DNA of 64,000 nt from Mobula hypostoma (Eukaryota), in contig NC_086108.1 of NCBI RefSeq assembly GCF_963921235.1, forward strand, positions 5,022,001 through 5,086,000, given 5' to 3'. A model generated the notes under the pieces. It was given only the letters and a program-made list of their open reading frames with translations, was not told where the DNA came from and searched no databases. The translations under genes were made by a program, and so were the position numbers. Position 1 is the first letter of the stretch. Every line of letters starts with the position of its first letter. Below, piece by piece: positions 20,901 through 32,900 of this stretch.

Positions 20901-23900
20901 AGGGGAATCCCTGTACGAGTGTCAGTGGTTACAGTGAGGGGGAGGGAATCCCTGTACGAGTGTCAGTGGTTACAGTGAGGGAGGGAATCCCTGTACGAGT
21001 GTCAGTGGTTACAGTGACGGGGGGGGGGGGGAATCCCTGTACGAATCTCAGTGGTTACAGGGGGGGGGATCCCTGTACCAGTGTCAGTGGTTACAGTGAG
21101 GGAGGGAATCCCTCTACGAGTGTCAGTGGTTACAGTGAGGGAGGGAATCCCTGTACGATTGTCAGTGGTTACAGTGACGGGGGGGGGGAATCCCTGTACG
21201 AGTGTCAGTGGTTACAGTGACGGGGGGGGGGGAATCCCTGTACGAATCTCAGTGGTTACAGGGGGGGGGATCCCTGTACCAGTGTCAGTGGTTACAGTGA
21301 GGGAGGGAATCCCTCTACGAGTGTCAGTGGTTACAGTGAGGGAGGGAATCCCTGTACGATTGTCAGTGGTTACAGTGACGGGGGGGGGAATCCCTGTACG
21401 AGTGTCAGTGGTTACAGTGAGGGAGGGAATCCCTGTACGAGTGTCAGTGGTTACAGTCAGTGGGGGGAATCCCTGTACGAGTGTCAGTGGTTACAGTGAG
21501 GGAGGGCATCCCTCTACGAGTGTCAGTGGTTACAGTGAGGGGGGGAATCCCTGTACGAGTGTCAGTGGTTACAGTGAGGGGGGGAATCCCTGTACGAGTG
21601 TCAGTGGTTACAGTGAGGGGGGGGAATCCCTGTACGACTGTCAATGGTTACAGTGAGGGGGGAATCCCTGTACGAGTGTCAGTGGCTACAGTGAGGGGGG
21701 GGGGTAATGCCTGTACGAGTGTCAGTGGTTACAGTCAGTGGGGGGAATCCCTGTACGAGTGTCAGTGGTTACAGTGGGGGGGAGGAATCCCTGTACGAGT
21801 GTCAGTGGTTACAGTGAGGGGGGATTCCTGTATGATTGTCAGTGGTTACAGTGAGGGGGGAATCCCTGTACGAGTGTCAGTGGTTACAGTGATGGGGGGG
21901 AAATCCCTGTACGAGTGTCAGTGGGGGGAATCCCTGTACGAGTGTCAGTGGTTACAGTCAGGGGGGATACCTGTACGATTCTCAGTGGTTACAGTGACGG
22001 GGGGGGGAATCACTGTACGAGTGTCAGTGGTTACAGTGAGGGAGGGAATCCCTGTACGAGTGTCAGTGGTTACAGTCACTGGGGGGAATCCCTGTACGAG
22101 TGTCAGTGGTTACAGTGGGGGGGGGGATCCCTGTACGAGTGTCAGTGGTTACAGTGAGGGAGGGAATCCCTCTATGAGTGTCAGTGGTTACAGTGAGGGG
22201 GGGAATCCCTGTACGAGTGTCAGTGGTTAGACTGAGGGAGTGAATCCCTGTACGAGTGTCAGTGGTTACAATGACGGGGGGAATCCCTGTACGAGTGTCA
22301 GTGGTTACATTCAGTGGGGGGAATCCCTGTACGAGTATCAGTGGTTACAGTGACGGGGGGGGGATCCTTGTACGAGTGTCAGTGGTTACAGTCAGTGGGG
22401 GGAATGCCTGTACGAGTGTCAGTGGTTACAGTGAGGGGGGGTAATCCCTGTACGAGTGTCAGTGGTTACAGTGAGGGGGGGAATCCCTGTACGAGTGTCA
22501 ATGGTTACAGTCAGTGGGGGGAATCCCTGTACGAGTGTCAGTGGTTACACTGGGGGGGGGGATCCCTGTACGAGTGTCAGTGGTTACAGTGAGGGAGGGA
22601 ATCCCTCTATGAGTGTCAGTGGTTACAGTGAGGGGGGGAATCCCTGTACGAGTGTCAGTGGTTAGAGTGAGGGAGGGAATCCCTGTACGAGTGTCAGTGG
22701 TTACAGTGAGGGGGGGAATCCCTGTACGAGTGTCAGTGGTTACAGTCAGTGGGGGGAATCCCTGTACGAGTATCAGTGGTTACAGTGACAGGGGGGGGAT
22801 CCCTGTACGAGTGTCAGTGGTTACAGTCAGTGGGGGGGAATCCCTGTACGATTGTCAGTGGTTACAGTGACGGGGGGGGGGAATCCCTGTACGAATGTCA
22901 GTGGTTACAGAGGGGGGGGGGATCCCTCTACGAGTGTCAGTGGTTACAGTGAGGGGGGGAATCCCTGTACGAGTGTCAGTGGTTACAGTGAGGGGGGGAA
23001 TCCCTGTACGATTGTCAGTGGTTACAGTGACAGGGGGGGGAATCCCTGTACGAGTGTCAGTGGTTACAGTGAGGGAGGGAATCCCTGTACGAGTGTCAGT
23101 GGTTACAGTGAGGGGGGACACCCTGTATGAGTGTCAGTGGTTACAGTCAGTGGGGGGAATCCCTGTACGTGTGTCAGTGGTTACAGTGAGGGAGGGCATC
23201 CCTCTACGAGTGTCAGTGGTTACAGTGAGGGGGGGAATCCCTGTACGAGTGTCAGTGGTTACAGTGAGGGGGGGGGGGAATGCATGTACGAGTGTCAGTG
23301 GTTACAGTCAGTGGGGGGAATCCCTGTACGAGTGTCAGTGGTTACAGTGAGGGGGGATTCCTGTACGATTGTCAGTGGTTACAGTGAGGGGGGAATCCCT
23401 GTACGAGTGTCAGTGGTTACAGTGATCGGGGGGGAATCCCTGTACGACTGTCAGTGGGGGGAATCCCTGTACGAGTGTCAGTGGTTACAGTCAGGGGGGA
23501 TACCACGATTCTCAGTGGTTACAGTGACGGGGGGGGGAATCACTGTACGAGTGTCAGTGGTTACAGTGAGGGAGGGAATCCCTGTACGAGTGTCAGTGGT
23601 TACAGTCAGTGGGGGGAATCCCTGTACGAGTGTCAGTGGTTACAGTGGGGGGGGGAATCCCTGTACGAGTGTCAGTGGTTACAGTGAGGGAGGGAATCCC
23701 TCTATGAGTGTCAGTGGTTACAGTGAGGGGGGGAATCCCTGTACGAGTGTCAGTGGTTAGAGTGAGGGAGGGAATCCCTGTACGAGTGTCAGTGGTTACA
23801 GTGACGGGGGGAATCCCTGTACTAGTGTCAGTTGTTACATTCAGTGGGGGGAATCCCTGTACGAGTATCAGTGGTTACAGTGACGGGGGGGGGATCCTTG

Positions 23901-26900
23901 TACGAGTGTCAGTGGTTACAGTCAGTGGGGGGAATGCCTGTACGAGTGTCAGAGGTTACAGTGAGGGGGTGTAATCCCTGTACGAGTGTCAGTGGTTACA
24001 GTGAGGGGGGGAATCCCTGTACGAGTGTCAGTGGTTACAGTGAGGGGGAGAATCCCTGTACGAGTGTCAGTGGTTACAGTGAGGGGGGGAATCCCTGTAC
24101 GAGTGTCAGTGGTTACAGTGACGGGGGGATTCCTGTACGATTGTCAGTGGTTACAGTGACGGGGGGGGTGGGAATCCCTGTACGAGTGCCAGTGGTTACA
24201 GTGAGGGAGGGAATCCCTGTACGAGTGTCAGTGGTTACAGTCAGTGGGGGGAATCCCTGTACGAGTGTCAGTGGTTACAGTGAGGGAGGGAATCCCTGTA
24301 CGAATGTCAGTGGTTACAGTGGGGGGGGGGTATCCCTGTACGAGTGTCAGTGGTTACAGTGAGGGAGGGAATACCTCTACGAGTGTCAGTGGTTACAGTG
24401 AGGGGGGGAATCCCTGTACGAGTGTCAGTGGTTACAGTGAGGGGGGGAATCCCTGTACGAGTGCCAGTGGTTACAGTGACGGGGGGAATCCCTGTACGAG
24501 TGTCAGTGGTTACAGTCCGTGGGGGGAATCCCTGTACGAGTATCAGTGGTTACAGTGATGGGGGGGGGGAATCCCTGTACGAGTGTCAGTGGTTACAGTG
24601 ACGGGGGGTGGAATCCCTGTACGAGTTTCAGTGGTTACAGTGAGGGGGGGTAATCCCTGTACGAGTGTCAGTGGTTACAGTGAGGGGGGGAATCCCTGTA
24701 CGAGTGTCAGTGGTTACAGTGAGGGGGAGAATCCCTGTACGAGTGTCAGGGGTTACAGTGAGGGGGAGAATCCCTGTACGAGTGTCAGTGGTTACAATGG
24801 GGGGGGGAATTCCTGTACGAGTGTCAGTGGTTACAGTGAGGGAGGGAATCCCTCTACGAGTGTCAGTGGTTACAGTGAGGAGGGGAATCCCTGTACGAGT
24901 GTCAGTGGTTACAGTGAGGGGGGGAATCCCTGTACGAGTGTCAGTGGTTACAGTGAGGGGGGATTCCTGTTCGATTGTCAGTGGTTTCAGTGACGGGGGG
25001 GGGAATCCCTGTACGAGTGTCAGTGGTTACAGTGGGAGGGGGAATCCCTGTACGAGTGTCAGTGGTTACAGTCCGTGGGGGGAATCCCTGTACGAGTATC
25101 AGTGGTTACAGTGATGGGGGGGGAATCCCTGTACGAGTGTCAGTGGTTACAGTGAGGGGGGGTAATCCCTGTACGAGTGTCAGTGGTTACAGTGACGGGG
25201 GGGGTGGGAATCCCTGTACGAGTGCCAGTGGTTACAGTGAGGGAGGGAATCCCTGTATGAGTGTCAGTGGTTACAGTCAGTGGGGGAAATCCCTGTACGA
25301 GTGTCAGTGGTTACAGTGAGGGAGGGAATCCCTGTACGAGTGTCAGTGGTTACAGTGGGGGGGGGGTATCCCTGTACGAGTGTCAGTGGTTACAGTGAGG
25401 GAGGGAATACCTCTACGAGTGTCAGTGGTTACAGTGAGGGGGGGAATCCCTGTACGAGTGTCAGTGGTTACAGTGAGGGGGGGAATCCCTGTACGAGTGT
25501 CAGTGGTTACAGTGACGGGGGACACCCTGTATGAGTGTCAGTGGTTACAGTCCGTGGGGGAAATCCCTGTACGAGTATCAGTGGTTACAGTGATGGGGGG
25601 GGGAATCCCTGTACGAGTGTCAGTGGTTACAGTGACGGGGGGGGAATCCCTGTACGAGTGTCAGTGGTTACAGTGAGGGGGGGTAATCCCTGTACGAGTG
25701 TCAGTGGTTACAGTGAGGGGGGGAATCCCTGTACGAGTGTCAGTGGTTACAGTGAGGGGGAGAATCCCTGTACGAGTGTCAGGGGTTACAGTGAGGGGGA
25801 GAATCCCTGTACGAGTGTCAGTGGTTACAGTGGGGGGGGGAATCCCTGTACGAGTGTCAGTGGTTACAGTGAGGGAGGGAATCCCTCTACGAGTGTCAGT
25901 GGTTACAGTGAGGAGGGGAATCCCTGTACGAGTGTCAGTGGTTACAGTGAGGGGGGGAATCCCTGTACGAGTGTCAGTGGTTACAGTGAGGGGGGATTCC
26001 TGTACGATTGTCAGTGGTTTCAGTGACGGGGGGGGGGAATCCCTGTACGAGTGTCAGTGGTTACAGTGACGGGGGGGAATCCCTGTACGAGTGTCAGTGG
26101 TTACAGTGAGGGGGGGAATCCCTGTACGAGTGTCAGTGGTTACAGTGACGGGGGGGAATCCCTGTACGAGTGTCAGTGGTTACAGTGAGGGGGGGGGTAA
26201 TCCCTGTACGAGTGTCAGTGGTTACAGTGAGGGGGGGAATCCCTGTACGAGTGTCAGTGGTTACAGTGAGGGGGAGAATCCCTGTACGAATGTCAGGGGT
26301 TACAGTGAGGGGGAGAATCCCTGTACGAGTGTCAGTGGTTACAGTGGGGGGGGGGAATCCCTGTACGAGTGTCAGTGGTTACAGTGAGGGAGGGAATCCC
26401 TCTACGAGTGTCAGTGGTTACAGTGAGGAGGGGAATCCCTGTACGAGTGTCAGTGGTTACAGTGAGGGGGGGAATCCCTGTACGAGTGTCAGTGGTTACA
26501 GTGAGGGGGGATTCCTGTACGATTGTCAGTGGTTTCAGTGACGGGGGGGGGGAATCCCTGTACGAGTGTCAGTGGTTACAGTGAGGGGGGAATCCCTGTA
26601 CGAGTGTCAGTGGTTACAGTCAGTGGGGGGAATCCCTGTACGAGTGTCAGTGGTTACAGTCAGTGGGGGGAATCCCTGTACGAGTGTCAGTGGTTACAGT
26701 CAGTGGGGGGAATCCCTGTACGAGTGTCAGTGGTTACAGTGAGGGAGGGAATCCCTGTACGAATGTCAGTGGATACAGGGGGGGGTGATCCCTGTACGAG
26801 TGTCAGTGGTTACAGTGAGGGAGGGAATCCCTCTACGAGTGACAGTGGTTACAGTGAGCGGGGGAATCCCTGTACGAGTGTCAGTGGTTACAGTGAGGGG

Positions 26901-29900
26901 GGGAATCCCTGTACGAGTGTCAGTGGTTACAGTGACGGGGGGAATCCCTGTACGAGTGTCAGTAGTTACAGTCAGTGGGGGGAATCCCTGTACGAGTGTC
27001 AGTGGTTACAGTGAGGGGGGGAATCCCTGTACGAGTGCCAGTGGTTACAGTGACGGGGGGAATCCCTGTACGAGTGTCAGTGGTTACAGTCCGTGGGGGG
27101 AATCCCTGTACGAGTATCAGTGGTTACAGTGGTGGGGGGGGGGAATCCCTGTACGAGTGTCAGTGGTTACAGTGACGGGGGGGAATACCTGTACGAGTGT
27201 CAGTGGTTCCAGTGAGGGGGGGTAATCCCTGTACGAGTGTCAGTGGTTACAGTGAGGGGGGGAATCCCTGTACGAGTGTCAGTGGTTACAGTGAGGGGGA
27301 GAATCCCTGTACGAGTGTCAGGGGTTACAGTGAGGGGGAGAATCCCTGTACGAGTGTCAGTGGTTACAATGGGGGGTGGGAATTCCTGTACGAGTGTCAG
27401 TGGTTACAGTGAGGGAGGGAATCCCTGTACGAGTGTCAGTGGTTACAGTGACGGGGGGGAATCCCTGTACGAGTGTCAGTGGTTACAGTGAGGGGGGCGG
27501 TAATCCCTGTACGAGTGTCAGTGGTTACAGTGAGGGGGGGAATCCCTGTACGAGTGTCAATGGTTACAGTGAGGGGGAGAATCCCTGTACGAGTGTCAGT
27601 GGTTACAGTGAGTGGGAGAATCCCTGTACGAGTGTCAGTGGTTACAGTGATCGGGGGGGAATCCCTGTACGACTGTCAGTGGGGGGAATCCCTGTACGAG
27701 TGTCAGTGGTTACAGTCAGGGGGGATACCACGATTCTCAGTGGTTACAGTGACGGGGGGGGGAATCACTGTACGAGTGTCAGTGGTTACAGTGAGGGAGG
27801 GAATCCCTGTACGAGTGTCAGTGGTTACAGTCAGTGGGGGGAATCCCTGTACGAGTGTCAGTGGTTACAGTGGGGGGGGGAATCCCTGTACGAGTGTCAG
27901 TGGTTACAGTGAGGGAGGGAATCCCTCTATGAGTGTCAGTGGTTACAGTGAGGGGGGGAATCCCTGTACGAGTGTCAGTGGTTAGAGTGAGGGAGGGAAT
28001 CCCTGTACGAGTGTCAGTGGTTACAGTGACGGGGGGAATCCCTGTACGAGTGTCAGTTGTTACATTCAGTGGGGGGAATCCCTGTACGAGTATCAGTGGT
28101 TACAGTGACGGGGGGGTGATCCTTGTACGAGTGTCAGTGGTTACAGTCAGTGGGGGGAATGCCTGTACGAGTGTCAGAGGTTACAGTGAGGGGGTGTAAT
28201 CCCTGTACGAGTGTCAGTGGTTACAGTGGGGGGGTAATCCCTGTACGAGTGTCAGTGGTTACAGTGAGGGGGAGAATCCCTGTACGAGTGTCAGTGGTTA
28301 CAGTGAGGGGGGGAATCCCTGTACGAGTGTCAGTGGTTACAGTGACGGGGGGAATCCCTGCACGAGTGTCAGTAGTTACAGTCAGTGGGGGGAATCCCTG
28401 TACGAGTGTCAGTGGTTACAGTGAGGGGGGATTCCTGTACGATTGTCAGTGGTTACAGTGACGGGGGGGGTGGGAATCCCTGTACGAGTGCCAGTGGTTA
28501 CAGTGAGGGAGGGAATCCCTGTACGAGTGTCAGTGGTTACAGTCAGTGGGGGGAATCCCTGTACGAGTGTCAGTGGTTACAGTGAGGGAGGGAATCCCTG
28601 TACGAATGTCAGTGGTTACAGTGGGGGGGGGGGGTATCCCTGTACGAGTGTCAGTGGTTACAGTGAGGGAGGGAATCCCTCTACGAGTGTCAGTGGTTAC
28701 AGTGAGGGGGGGAATCCCTGTACGAGTGTCAGTGGTTACAGTGAGGGGGGCAATCCCTGTACGAGTGCCAGTGGTTACAGTGACGGGGGGAATCCCTGTA
28801 CGAGTGTCAGTGGTTACAGTCCGTGGGGGGAATCCCTGTACGAGTATCAGTGGTTACAGTGATGGGGGGGGGAATCCCTGTACGAGTGTCAGTGGTTACA
28901 GTGACGGGGGGGGAATCCCTGTACGAGTTTCAGTGGTTACAGTGAGGGGGTGTAATCCCTGTACGAGTGTCAGTGGTTACAGTGAGGGAGGGAATCCCTG
29001 TACGAGTGTCAGTGGTTACAGTGAGGGAGGGAATCCCTGTACGAGTGTCAGTGGTTACAGTGACGGGGGGAATCCCTGTACGAGTGTCAGTAGTTACAGT
29101 CAGTGGGGGGAATCCCTGTACGAGTGTCAGTGGTTACAGTGAGGGGGGATTCCTGTACGATTGTCAGTGGTTACAGTGACGGAGGGGGGGGGGAATCCCT
29201 GTACGAGTGCCAGTGGTTACAGTGAGGGAGGGAATCCCTGTACGAGTGTCAGTGGTTACAGTCAGTGGGGGGAATCCCTGTACGAGTGTCAGTGGTTACA
29301 GTGAGGGAGGGAATCCCTGTACGAATGTCAGTGGTTACAGTGGGGGGGGGTATCCCTGTACGAGTGTCAGTGGTTACAGTGAGGGAGGGAATCCCTCTAC
29401 GAGTGTCAGTGGTTACAGTGAGGAGGGGAATCCCTGTACGAGTGTCAGTGGTTACAGTGAGGGGGGGAATCCCTGTACGAGTGCCAGTGGTTACAGTGAC
29501 GGGGGGAATCCCTGTACGAGTGTCAGTGGTTACAGTCCGTGGGGGGAATCCCTGTACGAGTATCAGTGGTTACAGTGATGGGGGGGGGAATCCCTGTACG
29601 AGTGTCAGTGGTTACAGTGACGGGGGGGGAATCCCTGTACGAGTGTCAGTGGTTACAGTGAGGGGGGGTAATCCCTGTACGAGTATCAGTGGTTACAGTG
29701 AGGGGGGGAATCCCTGTACGAGTGTCAGTGGTTACAGTGAGGGGGAGAATCCCTGTACGAGTGTCAGGGGTTACAGTGAGGGGGAGAATCCCTGTACGAG
29801 TGTCAGTGGTTACAATGGGGGGTGGGAATTCCTGTACGAGTGTCAGTGGTTACAGTGAGGGAGGGAATCCCTGTACGAGTGTCAGTGGTTACAGTGACGG

Positions 29901-32900
29901 GGGGGGAATCCCTGTACGAGTGTCAGTGGTTACAGTGAGGGGGCGGTAATCCCTGTACGAGTGTCAGTGGTTACAGTGAGCGGGGGAATCCCTGTACGAG
30001 TGTCAATGGTTACAGTGAGGGGGAGAATCCCTGTACGAGTGTCAGTGGTTACAGTGAGTGGGAGAATCCCTGTACGAGTGTCAGTGGTTACAGTGATCGG
30101 GGGGGAATCCCTGTACGACTGTCAGTGGGGGGAGTCCCTGTACGAGTGTCAGTGGTTACAGTCAGGGGGGATACCACGATTCTCAGTGGTTACAGTGACG
30201 GGGGGGGGAATCACTGTACGAGTGTCAGTGGTTACAGTGAGGGAGGGAATCCCTGTACGAGTGTCAGTGGTTACAGTCAGTGGGGGGAATCCCTGTACGA
30301 GTGTCAGTGCTTACAGTGGGGGGGGGAATCCCTGTACGAGTGTCAGTGGTTACAGTGAGGGAGGGAATCCCTCTATGAGTGTCAGTGGTTACAGTGAGGG
30401 GGGGAATCCCTGTACGAGTGTCAGTGGTTAGAGTGAGGGAGGGAATCCCTGTACGAGTGTCAGTGGTTACAGTGACGGGGGGAATCCCTGTACGAGTGTC
30501 AGTTGTTACATTCAGTGGGGGGAATCCCTGTACGAGTATCAGTGGTTACAGTGACGGGGGGGGGATCCTTGTACGAGTGTCAGTGGTTACAGTCAGTGGG
30601 GGGAATGCCTGTACGAGTGTCAGAGGTTACAGTGAGGGGGTGTAATCCCTGTACGAGTGTCAGTGGTTACAGTGGGGGGGTAATCCCTGTACGAGTGTCA
30701 GTGGTTACAGTGAGGGGGAGAATCCCTGTACGAGTGTCAGTGGTTACAGTGAGGGGGGGAATCCCTGTACGAGTGTCAGTGGTTACAGTGACGGGGGGAA
30801 TCCCTGTACGAGTGTCAGTAGTTACAGTCAGTGGGGGGAATCCCTGTACGAGTGTCAGTGGTTACAGTGAGGGGGGATTCCTGTACGATTGTCAGTGGTT
30901 ACAGTGACGGGGGGGGTGGGAATCCCTGTACGAGTGCCAGTGGTTACAGTGAGGGAGGGAATCCCTGTACGAGTGTCAGTGGTTACAGTCAGTGGGGGGA
31001 ATCCCTGTACGAGTGTCAGTGGTTACAGTGAGGGAGGGAATCCCTGTACGAATGTCAGTGGTTACAGTGGGGGGGGGGGTATCCCTGTACGAGTGTCAGT
31101 GGTTACAGTGAGGGAGGGAATCCCTCTACGAGTGTCAGTGGTTACAGTGAGGGGGGGAATCCCTGTACGAGTGTCAGTGGTTACAGTGAGGGGGGCAATC
31201 CCTGTACGAGTGCCAGTGGTTACAGTGACGGGGGGAATCCCTGTACGAGTGTCAGTGGTTACAGTCCGTGGGGGGAATCCCTGTACGAGTATCAGTGGTT
31301 ACAGTGATGGGGGGGGGAATCCCTGTACGAGTGTCAGTGGTTACAGTGACGGGGGGGGAATCCCTGTACGAGTGTCAGTGGTTACAGTCCGTGGAGGGAA
31401 TCCCTGTACGAGTATCAGTGGTTACAGTGATGGGGGGGGAATCCCTGTACGAGTGTCAGTGGTTACAGTGAGGGGGGGTAATCCCTGTACGAGTGTCAGT
31501 GGTTACAGTGAGGGGGGGAATCCCTGTACGAGTGTCAGTGGTTACAGTGAGGGGGAGAATCCCTGTACGAATGTCAGGGGTTACAGTGAGGGGGAGAATC
31601 CCTGTACGAGTGTCAGTGGTTACAGTGGGGGGGGGGAATCCCTGTACGAGTGTCAGTGGTTACAGTGAGGGAGGGAATCCCTCTACGAGTGTCAGTGGTT
31701 ACAGTGAGGAGGGGAATCCCTGTACGAGTGTCAGTGGTTACAGTGAGGGGGGGAATCCCTGTACGAGTGTCAGTGGTTACAGTGAGGGGGGATTCCTGTA
31801 CGATTGTCAGTGGTTTCAGTGACGGGGGGGGGGAATCCCTGTACGAGTGTCCGTGGTTACAGTGAGGGAGGGAATCCCTGTACGAGTGTCAGTGGTTACA
31901 GTCAGTGGGGGGAATCCCTGTACGAGTGTCAGTGGTTACAGTCAGTGGGGGGAATCCCTGTACGAGTGTCAGTGGTTACAGTCAGTGGGGGGAATCCCTG
32001 TACGAGTGTCAGTGGTTACAGTGAGGGAGGGAATCCCTGTACGAATGTCAGTGGATACAGTGGGGGGTGATCCCTGTACGAGTGTCAGTGGTTACAGTGA
32101 GGGAGGGAATCCCTCTACGAGTGACAGTGGTTACAGTGAGCGGGGGAATCCCTGTACGAGTGTCAGTGGTTACAGTGAGGGGGGGAATCCCTGTACGAGT
32201 GTCAGTGGTTACAGTGACGGGGGGAATCCCTGTACGAGTGTCAGTAGTTACAGTCAGTGGGGGGAATCCCTGTACGAGTGTCAGTGGTTACAGTGAGGGG
32301 GGATTCCTGTACGATTGTCAGTGGTTACAGTGACGGGGGGGGGGTGGGAATCCCTGTACGAGTGCCAGTGGTTACAGTGAGGGAGGGAATCCCTGTACGA
32401 GTGTCAGTGGTTACAGTCAGTGGGGGGAATCCCTGTACGAGTGTCAGTGGTTACAGTGAGGGAGGGAATCCCTGTACGAATGTCAGTGGTTACAGTGGGG
32501 GGGGGTATCCCTGTACGAGTGTCAGTGGTTACAGTGAGGGAGGGAATCCCTCTACGAGTGTCAGTGGTTACAGTGAGGGGGGGAATCCCTGTACGAGTGT
32601 CAGTGGTTACAGTGAGGGGGGGAATCCCTGTACGAGTGCCAGTGGTTACAGTGACGGGGGGAATCCCTGTACGAGTGTCAGTGGTTACAGTCCGTGGGGG
32701 GAATCCCTGTACGAGTATCAGTGGTTACAGTGATGGGGGGGGGAATCCCTGTACGAGTGTCAGTGGTTACAGTGACGGGGGGGGGAATCCCTGTACGAGT
32801 GTCAGTGGTTACAGTGAGGGGGGATTCCTGTACGATTATCAGTGGTTTCAGTGACAAGGGGGGGGAATCCCTGTACGAGTGTCAGTGGTTACAGTGAGGG

